From Sedimentisphaerales bacterium (GTDB lineage: Bacteria > Planctomycetota > Phycisphaerae > Sedimentisphaerales > SM23-30): a DNA stretch of 64,000 bases. The stretch is from assembly GCA_963663805.2 (NCBI GenBank), contig CAXXMR010000018.1, positions 1-64,000 on the forward strand. The letters run 5' to 3'. Below are positions 1 through 8,802 of the stretch, one piece after another (position 1 is the first letter of the stretch; every line of letters begins with the position of its first letter). The notes beneath the pieces are model-generated. The model had not been told where the DNA came from. It searched no databases and saw only the letters and a program-made list of their open reading frames with translations. Both the position numbers and the translations under genes were made by a program.

Positions 1-339
<339 letters not shown>

Positions 340-366
340 CCCCAAATGGGGCGAAAGAACATAATA

Positions 367-436
367 TCAGAGCCGCGCACGTCAGTAAGCGGTAAAGCCG
401 CCACACGTTTCAGAGCCGCGCACGTTAGTAAGCGGT
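367..436 (+). repeat. Two direct copies of a 27-bp REP-like intergenic element
   Basis: TCAGAGCCGCGCACGTCAGTAAGCGGT (367-393) and TCAGAGCCGCGCACGTTAGTAAGCGGT (410-436), 1 mismatch; internal CCGC...GCGG stem. Confidence 0.8.
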
Positions 437-489
437 GCCGTTGGCCGTTAAAAATCCGTGTAATCCGCGGTTGAAAAATTTGTGAAAAA

Positions 490-2121
490 ATGAAAATCGC
501 ACTGGCCCAGTTTAATCCCACCGTTGGTGACATCCGCGGCAATGCCGATGGCATCATCGCGCTGACCCAAAAGGCTCAATCTGCCGACCTGGTAGTTTTC
601 GGAGAGCTTTCCCTCATCGGCTACCCACCCAAAGATTTACTGCTCAAGCCCGGCTTTATCGACGAAAACATCAAAACCCTCGATTACATCGCCGCCCGGA
701 CCAAAGGCACTGCGGTAATGATAGGGTTCGCCGACCGCCGCAAAGAATCCGTCGGACGCGACCTGCATAACGCCGCCGCACTCATTTACGACGGTAAGGT
801 CCAGGCCGTCTATTACAAACAATTGCTGCCCACCTACGATGTCTTCGATGAAAGCCGGTATTTCGAGTCCGCTTCGTCTCAGCAAATTGTCGAGTTTCAG
901 AACCAAAAAATCGGCCTCACTATCTGCGAAGACATCTGGAACGAACCTAACCACACCCAGCGGACTCTATATCAGGTCAAACCATTCGAGGAACTAGCCC
1001 GGCAAAAAGTTGACTTCATTATCAATATGTCAGCTTCACCTTTCGTTCTTGGCAAACCTGCGTTCCGTCGCGAACTTTTCGCCGCTCAGTGCCAAAAGTA
1101 CCAGACTCCGCTCATCTATGTCAATCAGGTCGGCGGCAACGACGAACTCGTTTTCGACGGTAACAGTTGTGCCTTTAATGCCCGCGGAGAACTCATTTGC
1201 CACGCCCAAAGCTTCACCGAGGATTTGCTTATTGTCGATACCGACAACTTCACCCCCGTCAATCATCCCGAACCCAGCGACATGGCCGACCTGAACAACG
1301 CTCTAGTTCTCGGCCTGCGTGACTATCTCCGTAAATGCCGCTTCAAGTCTGTCGTACTGGGCCTTTCCGGAGGCATCGATTCAGCCATTACCGCTGCCCT
1401 GGCAGTCCAGGCAATCGGCCCCGAAAAAGTCACCGGCATTGCCATGCCCAGCCGTTATTCCAGCGACCACAGCGTCACCGACGCTGAGGGACTCGCCCAA
1501 AATCTCGGTATCGAATTCCACACTATTCCCATCGAGTCTCCGCATCACGCGATGGAAGAACTCCTCCAGCCGTATTTCAAAGGCCGCCAGCCAGACATCA
1601 CCGAAGAAAACATCCAGGCCCGTCTCCGGGGCGTAATCCTCATGTCGCTTTCCAACAAGTTCGGCCATCTGCTGCTCACCACCGGTAATAAAAGCGAACT
1701 AGCCGTCGGCTACTGCACCATGTACGGCGATATGGCCGGCGGCCTGGCAGTCATCAGCGACGTACCCAAAACCATGGTCTACGACCTGGCACGCTATATT
1801 AATCGTGACAAAGAAATCATTCCCGAATCTACCATCACCAAGCCACCCTCAGCCGAACTGCGCCCCGACCAGACCGACCAGGACTCCCTGCCCCCTTACG
1901 ACATTCTCGACGACATCCTCCAACGCTACGTCGAACAGGAACAGTCCACCCGCGAAATCATCGCCGCCGGCCACGACGAACAGACAGTCAAGCGGGTCGT
2001 TAGCCTGGTCGATATTAATGAGTATAAGAGAAAACAGGCCGCCCCCGGTTTGAAAGTGACCAGCCGTGCCTTTGGCTTTGGCAGACGTATGCCTATAGCC
2101 CAAAACTATAAATCTTGGTAA
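490..2121 (+). CDS. nadE: Glutamine-dependent NAD+ synthetase
   Basis: N-terminal nitrilase domain (VFGEL, YKQLLPTYDVFDE, ICEDIW) plus synthetase motifs LGLSGGIDSA, ENIQARLRG, TGNKSE, PSAEL. Confidence 0.97.
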   Translation: MKIALAQFNPTVGDIRGNADGIIALTQKAQSADLVVFGELSLIGYPPKDLLLKPGFIDENIKTLDYIAARTKGTAVMIGFADRRKESVGRDLHNAAALIYDGKVQAVYYKQLLPTYDVFDESRYFESASSQQIVEFQNQKIGLTICEDIWNEPNHTQRTLYQVKPFEELARQKVDFIINMSASPFVLGKPAFRRELFAAQCQKYQTPLIYVNQVGGNDELVFDGNSCAFNARGELICHAQSFTEDLLIVDTDNFTPVNHPEPSDMADLNNALVLGLRDYLRKCRFKSVVLGLSGGIDSAITAALAVQAIGPEKVTGIAMPSRYSSDHSVTDAEGLAQNLGIEFHTIPIESPHHAMEELLQPYFKGRQPDITEENIQARLRGVILMSLSNKFGHLLLTTGNKSELAVGYCTMYGDMAGGLAVISDVPKTMVYDLARYINRDKEIIPESTITKPPSAELRPDQTDQDSLPPYDILDDILQRYVEQEQSTREIIAAGHDEQTVKRVVSLVDINEYKRKQAAPGLKVTSRAFGFGRRMPIAQNYKSW

Positions 2122-2138
2122 CTTTTTGGGGTTTTTTT

Positions 2139-2178
2139 GAGTAAAAATCAAAAAAAACGAGTAAAAATCAAAAAAAAT
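2139..2178 (+). repeat. 20-bp tandem duplication between nadE and rnd
   Basis: GAGTAAAAATCAAAAAAAAC (2139-2158) followed by GAGTAAAAATCAAAAAAAAT (2159-2178). Confidence 0.8.
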
Positions 2179-2228
2179 GTGAATTTTTCCGCAGGTTGAG
2201 GAATGTTTGCGTCGAAAATCAGGAATTA

Positions 2229-3371
2229 ATGCGTCGTAAAAACTACCAATATATTGATAACACCTCAGACTTGGCGGCCCTTACCGACCGGCTCGAGCAG
2301 CGACCAACCGTAGCCCTCGATACCGAAGCCGACAGCCTCCATCACTACTTCGAAAAGGTCTGCCTCATCCAGATAACTCTCGATGACAAAAGCAATTACC
2401 TCATCGACCCACTCGCCGATATGAATCTTAAAAAATTCCTCAAAGCACTCTCTCTCTGTCCGCTAATACTGCACAACGCCGATTATGACCTCAGAATGCT
2501 ACACACAAATTACCAGTTCAAGCCCGCCGCCGAGCTGTTCGATACCGTAATAGCCGGACAACTCCTTGGATTCCAAAGACTTGGACTCCTCGCTATGGCC
2601 GAGGATATGCTCAGTGTGACACTTTCCAAGAAAGGCCAGAAATCCGACTGGTCAAAACGCCCACTTACCACGGAACAAAAGACTTACGCCATCGACGATA
2701 CTCGCTACCTCCACGAACTGGCCGAAAAACTCCGAAAAAAACTCGAAAAACTCGGACGACTCGAATGGTTGTCCCAAACTGTAGACCGTGTAATTGAAGC
2801 AACCAGACGCGAAAAAGCCCCCCCCGACCCAGAGAAACTCTGGCGTATCAAGGGCTTACGTCTTCTCGAACCAGAGCAGCTAAATTACGTCCGGGCAATC
2901 TGGCGCTGGCGGGACGCCGAAGCTCGCCGGGCCGACCTGCCTTCTTTTAAAATCCTCGGCAACCAGGAAATCGTCCAACTCGCTTGCTGGTCGGTAGATA
3001 ACCCACATGCCAGCCTGGAAAATCATGGTCCCAGATTGCCCCGGCACTGCACCGGCAGCCGGCTGGCCCGTCTGAAAAAATCTCTCAGCCAGGCCTGCGA
3101 GATTGCCCCGGATAAATGGCCCAAACAGCGTAAATCCATGGAACGAGAACCACTTACCGCGGAATTCAAAAAGCTGCGCACCGACTGTGATAAACTCGCC
3201 GGCGACCTCGGTATCGACCCCGGTATATTGGCTTCAAGGGCAACCCTGCACAATATCATCGCTGGCAAACCCTCTACCGTAAAAGAAGTTATGAACTGCG
3301 GCCCGCTGGTGGCGCAATGGCAGGGCCAATTCCTGCTCGACATCATAAATTCAAATTCACGCTCCCAGTAA
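2229..3371 (+). CDS. rnd: Ribonuclease D (3'-5' exonuclease + HRDC)
   Basis: DEDD motifs ALDTEADS, HNADYDL, SDWSKRPL, YAIDD; HRDC WRDAEARRADLP. ATG 2229 chosen over TTG 2196. Confidence 0.93.
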   Translation: MRRKNYQYIDNTSDLAALTDRLEQRPTVALDTEADSLHHYFEKVCLIQITLDDKSNYLIDPLADMNLKKFLKALSLCPLILHNADYDLRMLHTNYQFKPAAELFDTVIAGQLLGFQRLGLLAMAEDMLSVTLSKKGQKSDWSKRPLTTEQKTYAIDDTRYLHELAEKLRKKLEKLGRLEWLSQTVDRVIEATRREKAPPDPEKLWRIKGLRLLEPEQLNYVRAIWRWRDAEARRADLPSFKILGNQEIVQLACWSVDNPHASLENHGPRLPRHCTGSRLARLKKSLSQACEIAPDKWPKQRKSMEREPLTAEFKKLRTDCDKLAGDLGIDPGILASRATLHNIIAGKPSTVKEVMNCGPLVAQWQGQFLLDIINSNSRSQ

Positions 3372-3447
3372 ACCCTGCCCCGGTACTCTACCGATATGAA
3401 TAGTAGGCAGGCCCCTAAGCGGATGTACGAAATTGCAGAGGTTTACG

Positions 3448-3945
3448 ATGGCTCGGATGACCAAAAAAAGGAAACGGCAGTTGGTAGGGGCATTAATTGC
3501 CTTAGTGATAATAATCCTGGTTCTGATGTTCAGTTTCACCAACGCCGGCAAAATAACCTGGAAAACCATGGCTAAAGCCGCCAATACCGGCTCGCTGGAC
3601 AGTGGTGATACTGTACCCAAAAGCACTACCGAAGTGCCTGTTGTCGAAAATATTATCGTCGAAAACTGGTATTCCTATCACCACTGTTACGTGGTCCAGT
3701 GTGATGTTTACGCCAAGGCCGCCCCAGGCCAGCGCCAGCAGCTTGAGGGGTATCTGGACAAACATCCTAATGAAATTAAAGCCGCGGTTCGCACGGTTCT
3801 CGCCGATGCGGAGTTGGATGATTTACGCGACCCGGAGCTGAAATACGTCAAACAGGAAATCAAAAAAGAACTTCTCAAGAATATCGGCCAAAGTGTCATC
3901 GAGGAGATTCTTGTCCCTAAATGGAACGGCTATGACCGGCGATAG
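3448..3945 (+). CDS. FliL-like single-pass membrane protein
   Basis: Basic N-terminus, one TM helix, C-terminal pattern EIKAAVRTVL...DLRDPELKYVKQEIKKEL...IEEILV resembling FliL. Confidence 0.55.
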   Translation: MARMTKKRKRQLVGALIALVIIILVLMFSFTNAGKITWKTMAKAANTGSLDSGDTVPKSTTEVPVVENIIVENWYSYHHCYVVQCDVYAKAAPGQRQQLEGYLDKHPNEIKAAVRTVLADAELDDLRDPELKYVKQEIKKELLKNIGQSVIEEILVPKWNGYDRR

Positions 3946-3948
3946 AAA

Positions 3949-3990
3949 AGCCCCGCTGCGCTTTTAACGCAACAGGGCTGTTATCCTTTT
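3949..3990. terminator. Probable bidirectional intrinsic terminator between convergent genes
   Basis: AGCCCCGCTGCG-loop-CGCAACAGGGCT hairpin with an A-run to the left and a T-rich run to the right. Confidence 0.65.
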
Positions 3991-4010
3991 TGTCGCTTAA
4001 AAATTGAGGA

Positions 4011-4469
4011 CTACATTTCCTTTTCGTCTTTGGTACTATCCATTTCGCAGCCCTGGGACGAGCATTTTTTGTCAGCTTTGTCAGTGCATTCGACATCGCT
4101 CTTTTTGCATTCATCTTTGCACTGACATGCTTCGCCACTCCCGCATTTGGCACAGGCTTCAGCTTTACATTCAGAGGCACACTTGGCGTCAACTTTTTTG
4201 CATTGGCATGTTTCGCTATTCTCGCATTTGGCACAGGCTTCAGCTTTACATTCAGAGGTACATTTGGCGTCAGCTTTTTTGCATTGACATGTTTCGCCAC
4301 TTTGACATTTCGGGCATGCTTCCGTTTTGCAATCTGATTTACACATTGCTCCGGCAGTATTATTAACGCCGGTCTCCGCCTGGGTGGCTTCACCTTGCTT
4401 TTCACAACCTGTCATACCGATTGCCAGAGCTGCTGTCAGTACAATTGCCAGTATTTTCAAATTCTTCAT
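4011..4469 (-). CDS. Cysteine-rich repeat lipoprotein (metallothionein-like)
   Basis: GGAG RBS, signal peptide with lipobox MTG-C, three 27-aa repeats CxxxCxxxxCxxCxxxxxCxC; 23 Cys in 152 aa. Confidence 0.8.
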   Translation of the reverse strand: MKNLKILAIVLTAALAIGMTGCEKQGEATQAETGVNNTAGAMCKSDCKTEACPKCQSGETCQCKKADAKCTSECKAEACAKCENSETCQCKKVDAKCASECKAEACAKCGSGEACQCKDECKKSDVECTDKADKKCSSQGCEMDSTKDEKEM

Positions 4470-4694
4470 GGTTTTACTCCTTGTGGTTACCATATTCTGT
4501 TTCGGTTCTGTTACGCTGCACAGTACGCCAAATCCATCGCAATTCCAACTGTTTCAGTAGTATTTTATCCCCTTAGGGGCCCGAAAGTCCAATCCAATCT
4601 CAAAAAATATTATAATGAACTGTCAAATAATAGGTTATAAATATCATCTGCAAGCAGAGGGAGGGCTGGTTAAATAATAAGCCGATAAAAAAAC

Positions 4695-4723
4695 TTGCCT
4701 GTAAGCTGGTTTTATCTTAGATT
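4695..4723 (+). promoter_or_regulatory. Sigma70-type promoter of tRNA-Thr
   Basis: TTGCCT-17 nt-TAGATT about 35 nt upstream of the tRNA. Confidence 0.55.
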
Positions 4724-4759
4724 CTGTGGGTTCCGTTCAGGCAATCCTGTTCGGCCCAT

Positions 4760-4831
4760 GCCAGCGTGGCTCAGTGGTAGAGCTCCCGCCTTGTAAGCGG
4801 GTGGTCGTCGGTTCGAATCCGACCGCTGGCT
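4760..4831 (+). tRNA. tRNA-Thr (UGU), CCA not encoded
   Basis: Acceptor GCCAGCG/CGCTGGC, D arm GCTCAGTGGTAGAGC, anticodon arm CCCGC-CTTGTAA-GCGGG, T loop GGTTCGAATCC. Confidence 0.97.
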
Positions 4832-5055
4832 TTGGAACGTTGATAATCGTCCCTGTAGCTTGCCGTAAAGTATTTCGCGAAAGTTAGCCACTTTTAACGT
4901 TTAAAACCCCGTTTTTTTCGTAATTTCCGCAGTTTTTTCTAAAAAAACGTGAAAAAATTCTCAAAAAACGGTCTCTTCAGGCTGAATCGCGCTGAAAATT
5001 CGGCACTTTCACCGCGATTATGAGTCATAAAAATAAGGACTTACATCAATTTACC

Positions 5056-6390
5056 CTACGCAAAATAAGAACTTACAACCTCGCAGACCGTCTCCAGCAT
5101 ATCATCCAGCACCTCAACCGGAATCGCCAGGGGCGGCATAATCACCAGCACATCACCCAAAGGCCTCATCATAACCCCTTTACTGCGAAGCACTTGGCAA
5201 ATATTAGCCCCCAGGCGCATACCAGAATCAAAATTCGCTTGCGTATCCTTGTCCTCAACCAGCTCCACCCCCGCCATTAACCCGCAATGCCGCACATTTC
5301 CGACATTATTGAAGCCTTTCATCTTTTCTAAATACTTTTCAATCAAAGAGATACGTTCACCAAGCCCCGCTAGGGTATTTTCCTTCTCAAACACTTCCAG
5401 ACAGCCCAACGCCGCTGCGCACGCTAACGCATTTCCGGTGTAAGTATGCCCGTGATAAAAGGTTGTGTCGCTCAACGGCTCTCCCGTAAACGGCTCAAAT
5501 ACCTCATCGCTGACAATTGTCGCCGCCAAAGGTAAATACCCGCCCGTTAAACCCTTGGCAACACAGAAGATATCAGGTTTTACCCCTTCCCGCTCATGGG
5601 CGAATATCGTCCCTGTTTTGCCAAAACCCGTCGCCACCTCATCAACCACCAGCAGCACCCCAAACTCATCCGCCAGCTTCCTGACACCGGCCAGATAACC
5701 CGCCGGATGAACTATAAGTCCTGCCGCGCCTTGGACTAACGGCTCAACCACAATCGCCGCCACCTCATTTCCATGCTCCTCCAGAATGCGTCTCATGTCC
5801 GCCAGGGCACTTTCCCGGCATTCATCGACCGTACCTGAATACCTGTACGGATGCGGACTTTCAGCGAACAACGCCGCGAAGGTCATTGGTCCGAAGATTT
5901 TGTGGAAAGTCTCTATCCCACCGATACTTACAGAACCCATCGTATCCCCGTGATAGGATTGTTTCAAGGCCACGAACTTCTGTCTCCGAGACTGGCCCTT
6001 TATCCGCCAGTACTGAAAAGCGATCTTAATGCCTATTTCAACTGAAGTTGCGCCCGCATCACTATAGAAAACCCGATTTAGTCCTTCCGGTGCTAAATTC
6101 GCTAATTTTTCCGCCAGTTCAATCGACGGCCCCGATGCCAAACCAAGTAGGGTGCTGTGGGATATTTTTTCTAACTGTCTAGTAATATGAGAGTTAATGA
6201 CCGGGTGGTTATGCCCGTGTACATTGCACCATAGCGAAGAAACACCGTCGATATAGCGATTGCCCTGCGTATCAATCAGGTAAACCCCTTCGCCGCGGTC
6301 AATTACAACTGGCTCATCTTCCAGCCAAAGCTTCATCGGCGTAAACGGATGCCACAAATATTGTTTATCAAGTTGCGCCAATCTATCCAT
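5056..6390 (-). CDS. bioA: Adenosylmethionine-8-amino-7-oxononanoate aminotransferase
   Basis: LWHPFT, DGVSSLWCNVHGH, YHGDT, DEVATGFGKTG, AKGLTGGYLPL, HGHTYTGN. Confidence 0.96.
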   Translation of the reverse strand: MDRLAQLDKQYLWHPFTPMKLWLEDEPVVIDRGEGVYLIDTQGNRYIDGVSSLWCNVHGHNHPVINSHITRQLEKISHSTLLGLASGPSIELAEKLANLAPEGLNRVFYSDAGATSVEIGIKIAFQYWRIKGQSRRQKFVALKQSYHGDTMGSVSIGGIETFHKIFGPMTFAALFAESPHPYRYSGTVDECRESALADMRRILEEHGNEVAAIVVEPLVQGAAGLIVHPAGYLAGVRKLADEFGVLLVVDEVATGFGKTGTIFAHEREGVKPDIFCVAKGLTGGYLPLAATIVSDEVFEPFTGEPLSDTTFYHGHTYTGNALACAAALGCLEVFEKENTLAGLGERISLIEKYLEKMKGFNNVGNVRHCGLMAGVELVEDKDTQANFDSGMRLGANICQVLRSKGVMMRPLGDVLVIMPPLAIPVEVLDDMLETVCEVVSSYFA

Positions 6391-6486
6391 TCACAAAATT
6401 CCTAACCCCTGTCCCCGACTATTTTTACACGACAGTGTGTTATTGTCAAGCGGTCATTTTCGATAGATGCTTCGGCGGGCAATACA

Positions 6487-6640
6487 TCGTGGGGGTGGCA
6501 ATTATACACCTGCCGCCCCAGGTGTGAGGCGTTCAGCAGGCAATTCAGAGCCTTCTTATGCCTCTAAAAACCTCTTGCCGAAGGCAAGTTTAAGAGTTAA
6601 TCGTGGAAGCCATTTGTCCAATTCACGCTGAACCAATACA
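6487..6640 (+). mobile_element. Orphan 154-bp right-end fragment of the IS3-family element
   Basis: Aligns without gaps to 18847-19000 with 7 substitutions and includes the intact IRR ending ...CTGAACCAATACA. Confidence 0.93.
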
Positions 6641-6955
6641 AAAGATTGCAAACGCAAACCTGGCTCTGACAAAAGGATATCTTCTCTTTACCAGCCAGGA
6701 GCAAAAGGAATTGGTTGAATGAAAACGGAATATGTATTTGATTGATGGCAGGTATTAGGACCCGCGTAGTAATAAACGCTACACTTTTCTTTCGCGATTA
6801 ATGGTACACATTTCTTAGTGAAATAGTTTCTAATTTGTTTGTAGCTAAAACTTTGTCAATGCTTTTTCAGAAGAGAAAACCCGCAAAGCCAGCTCCATTT
6901 TCAATGCTTTACACCATTGAGTTTCGATAACTTGATAAAAACTCGAAAGTTACTA

Positions 6956-6998
6956 TTGACATGTCAGTTTGTTTTCTGTTACCATGCTGACATGTCAG
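6956..6998 (+). promoter_or_regulatory. GntR promoter with two TGACATGTCA palindromic operators
   Basis: TGACATGTCA at 6957-6966 (overlaps TTGACA -35) and CTGACATGTCAG at 6987-6998 (just after TACCAT -10). Confidence 0.75.
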
Positions 6999-7034
6999 TG
7001 TTGTGTCAGGAGAGTAGTTTAAGGCGGTTATTTG

Positions 7035-7784
7035 ATGAAGGCGGACAGTTTAAGATTTGAGGCTTATAAATATTTACGTAACGCTTTAGCTAATGGCAAG
7101 CTCAAAGCTGGTTCGCGAGTTTCGACCCAGTCTTTGGCCAATGACATTGGCATCAGTCGGACGCCTGTGGCTGAAGCGTTACTGATTCTGGAACATGAGG
7201 GTTATCTGGAGCGTTTTCCTCGTTCGGCCTCGGTGGTTCGTCAGCCGGACGCCTGGGAGATTTCCGAGCTATACGAGCTTCGTGTCGCTCTGGAGTCTTA
7301 TGCTGCTGAACAAGCCGCTCAAAAAGCCACGCCTCGGGAGGTCGCGACCTTGAAGTCCTGTCTGGGCAAGATGAAAGAGTGTTTGCTGTGGCTGCGTGAT
7401 GGCGGGCATGAGTGTCTTGATGCCGAAATGCTTCGGTATTATCTGGCTGCTGATGCGGCATTTCATATGCTGATAGTCAGTGTCGGCGGCAACAGCAGGA
7501 TTACGAGAACCATCGAAGATGCTCACGTTTTTACCAAGATATTTTGTTTTCCGCGTGATCGTGACGACCATCATCTTTTTGAGAATATCTTCCATTCCTA
7601 CAAAGAGCACGCCCGGATTTATCGTGCCTTGAAAAGGCGTGACTCGGCTGAATCGCGTGAGAGCATGGCAGCCCATATTCTCGCATCAAAAGAATCCAGT
7701 ATGAATTTTGTTCAGAAGTATTACGCGCACAAAAGGCAGGGCGGGGGGATAGATAGTTATGATATGACCTTTAAGGAGTCGTAA
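7035..7784 (+). CDS. GntR/FadR-family (FCD domain) transcriptional regulator
   Basis: wHTH ISRTPVAEALLILEHEG; FCD DAAFH...EHARIY.AL...M.AHI. Confidence 0.93.
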   Translation: MKADSLRFEAYKYLRNALANGKLKAGSRVSTQSLANDIGISRTPVAEALLILEHEGYLERFPRSASVVRQPDAWEISELYELRVALESYAAEQAAQKATPREVATLKSCLGKMKECLLWLRDGGHECLDAEMLRYYLAADAAFHMLIVSVGGNSRITRTIEDAHVFTKIFCFPRDRDDHHLFENIFHSYKEHARIYRALKRRDSAESRESMAAHILASKESSMNFVQKYYAHKRQGGGIDSYDMTFKES

Positions 7785-7786
7785 TA

Positions 7787-8707
7787 ATGAGTCGTGAGAT
7801 AAAAGGTGTAGTTGTGCCCCTGGTTACGCCGCTGGATGAGAGCGAGAATATTGACGTGCTAGGCGTACGCAAGTTGATAGACTATCTTGTTGTTGGCAAG
7901 GTTCAGGGTTTGTTTCTGCTGGGTACCACGGGCGAATATACGCGTTTGTCGGATATTCAGAAAAAGATTTTTGTAGATGTCTGCGTAGAACATGTTCAGG
8001 ATCGTCTGCCTTTTGGTATAAATATTTCCGGTCAGGGTACTCGCCAAATTCTTGCTTCATTAAAATTCGCGGAAAAATATAACCCTGATTTTGTCGCTTT
8101 GACGCCCCCTGATTATTTTCCCTTTTCGACAACAGATGAGCAATATGATTTTTTCTGTAATATTATGCACAGTACCGACCTGCCGGTAATGCTCTATAAT
8201 ATTCCCGGTTGCACCGGCGGTTATATCAATGTTGATTGTATTGAAAAGCTGCTGGCTGAAAAGAATTTTGTGGGCTTCAAGGACAGCAGCGGCAATTTGG
8301 AATATATTCGTCAGATTGTAGAACTAACTACCGGTCGGGAATTCAGTATTTTTAACGGCTATGAAAAGATTTTTGCTCAGACCATGGAAATGGGCTGCCA
8401 CGGCATAATTTCTTCGGCGGCTAATGTAATACCTGGTGAGGTTGTCGCTCTTTGCGAGGCTTGTTTAACCGGTGACACTTCGGTTTGGCAGCTTTATTAT
8501 CCCTTGTTGGAAATTTTGCATGATTTCAAACAGAAGATAAACGATAACACTAACGGTATATATATTTTGAAATATTTGCTTTCGCGAAAATCCATTTGCC
8601 AGACATATATGGCCCAGCCGTTTCGATATTGTCTGGAAAAGGAACGCGTCGCTGGTGAATTGTGCGGTCTGCTGATAAGGCCCCACTGTAATAGTTGTGC
8701 GGATTAA
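7787..8707 (+). CDS. Dihydrodipicolinate synthase/N-acetylneuraminate lyase family aldolase
   Basis: VTPL, LGTTGE, YNIP, Schiff-base lysine in GFKDSSG. The operon context suggests a catabolic enzyme rather than true DapA. Confidence 0.88.
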   Translation: MSREIKGVVVPLVTPLDESENIDVLGVRKLIDYLVVGKVQGLFLLGTTGEYTRLSDIQKKIFVDVCVEHVQDRLPFGINISGQGTRQILASLKFAEKYNPDFVALTPPDYFPFSTTDEQYDFFCNIMHSTDLPVMLYNIPGCTGGYINVDCIEKLLAEKNFVGFKDSSGNLEYIRQIVELTTGREFSIFNGYEKIFAQTMEMGCHGIISSAANVIPGEVVALCEACLTGDTSVWQLYYPLLEILHDFKQKINDNTNGIYILKYLLSRKSICQTYMAQPFRYCLEKERVAGELCGLLIRPHCNSCAD

Positions 8708-8752
8708 CACCAATTGGTTTCGACCTGCGGTCGAGGGTAAGGGCAGGCATGG

Positions 8753-8785
8753 GGCATGAGGCAAGAGTGAGCGGCGAGGTGCCTG
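8753..8785 (+). repeat. 33-bp dispersed intergenic element, copy 1
   Basis: GGCATGAGGCAAGAGTGAGCGGCGAGGTGCCTG; 30/33 identical to 52606-52638. Confidence 0.7.
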
Positions 8786-8802
8786 CCTTGGGCAGACAAG
8801 TT

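Noticed and set aside
367..436. Possible mini CRISPR array
   Set aside because: Only two repeats with a 16-bp spacer, no cas genes, and similar motifs dispersed elsewhere; fits REP-like elements
3917..4405. 162-aa and 120-aa repetitive ORFs overlapping the Cys-rich lipoprotein
   Set aside because: Alternative-frame or antisense shadows of the 81-bp repeats; the lipoprotein frame has the RBS and signal peptide
4760..5050. tRNA-Thr as an island integration site
   Set aside because: No duplicate of the tRNA 3' end and no integrase seen; housekeeping bioA follows
7787..8707. Calling the DHDPS-family gene dapA
   Set aside because: Divergent sequence, foreign-looking composition and GntR context suggest a catabolic paralogue
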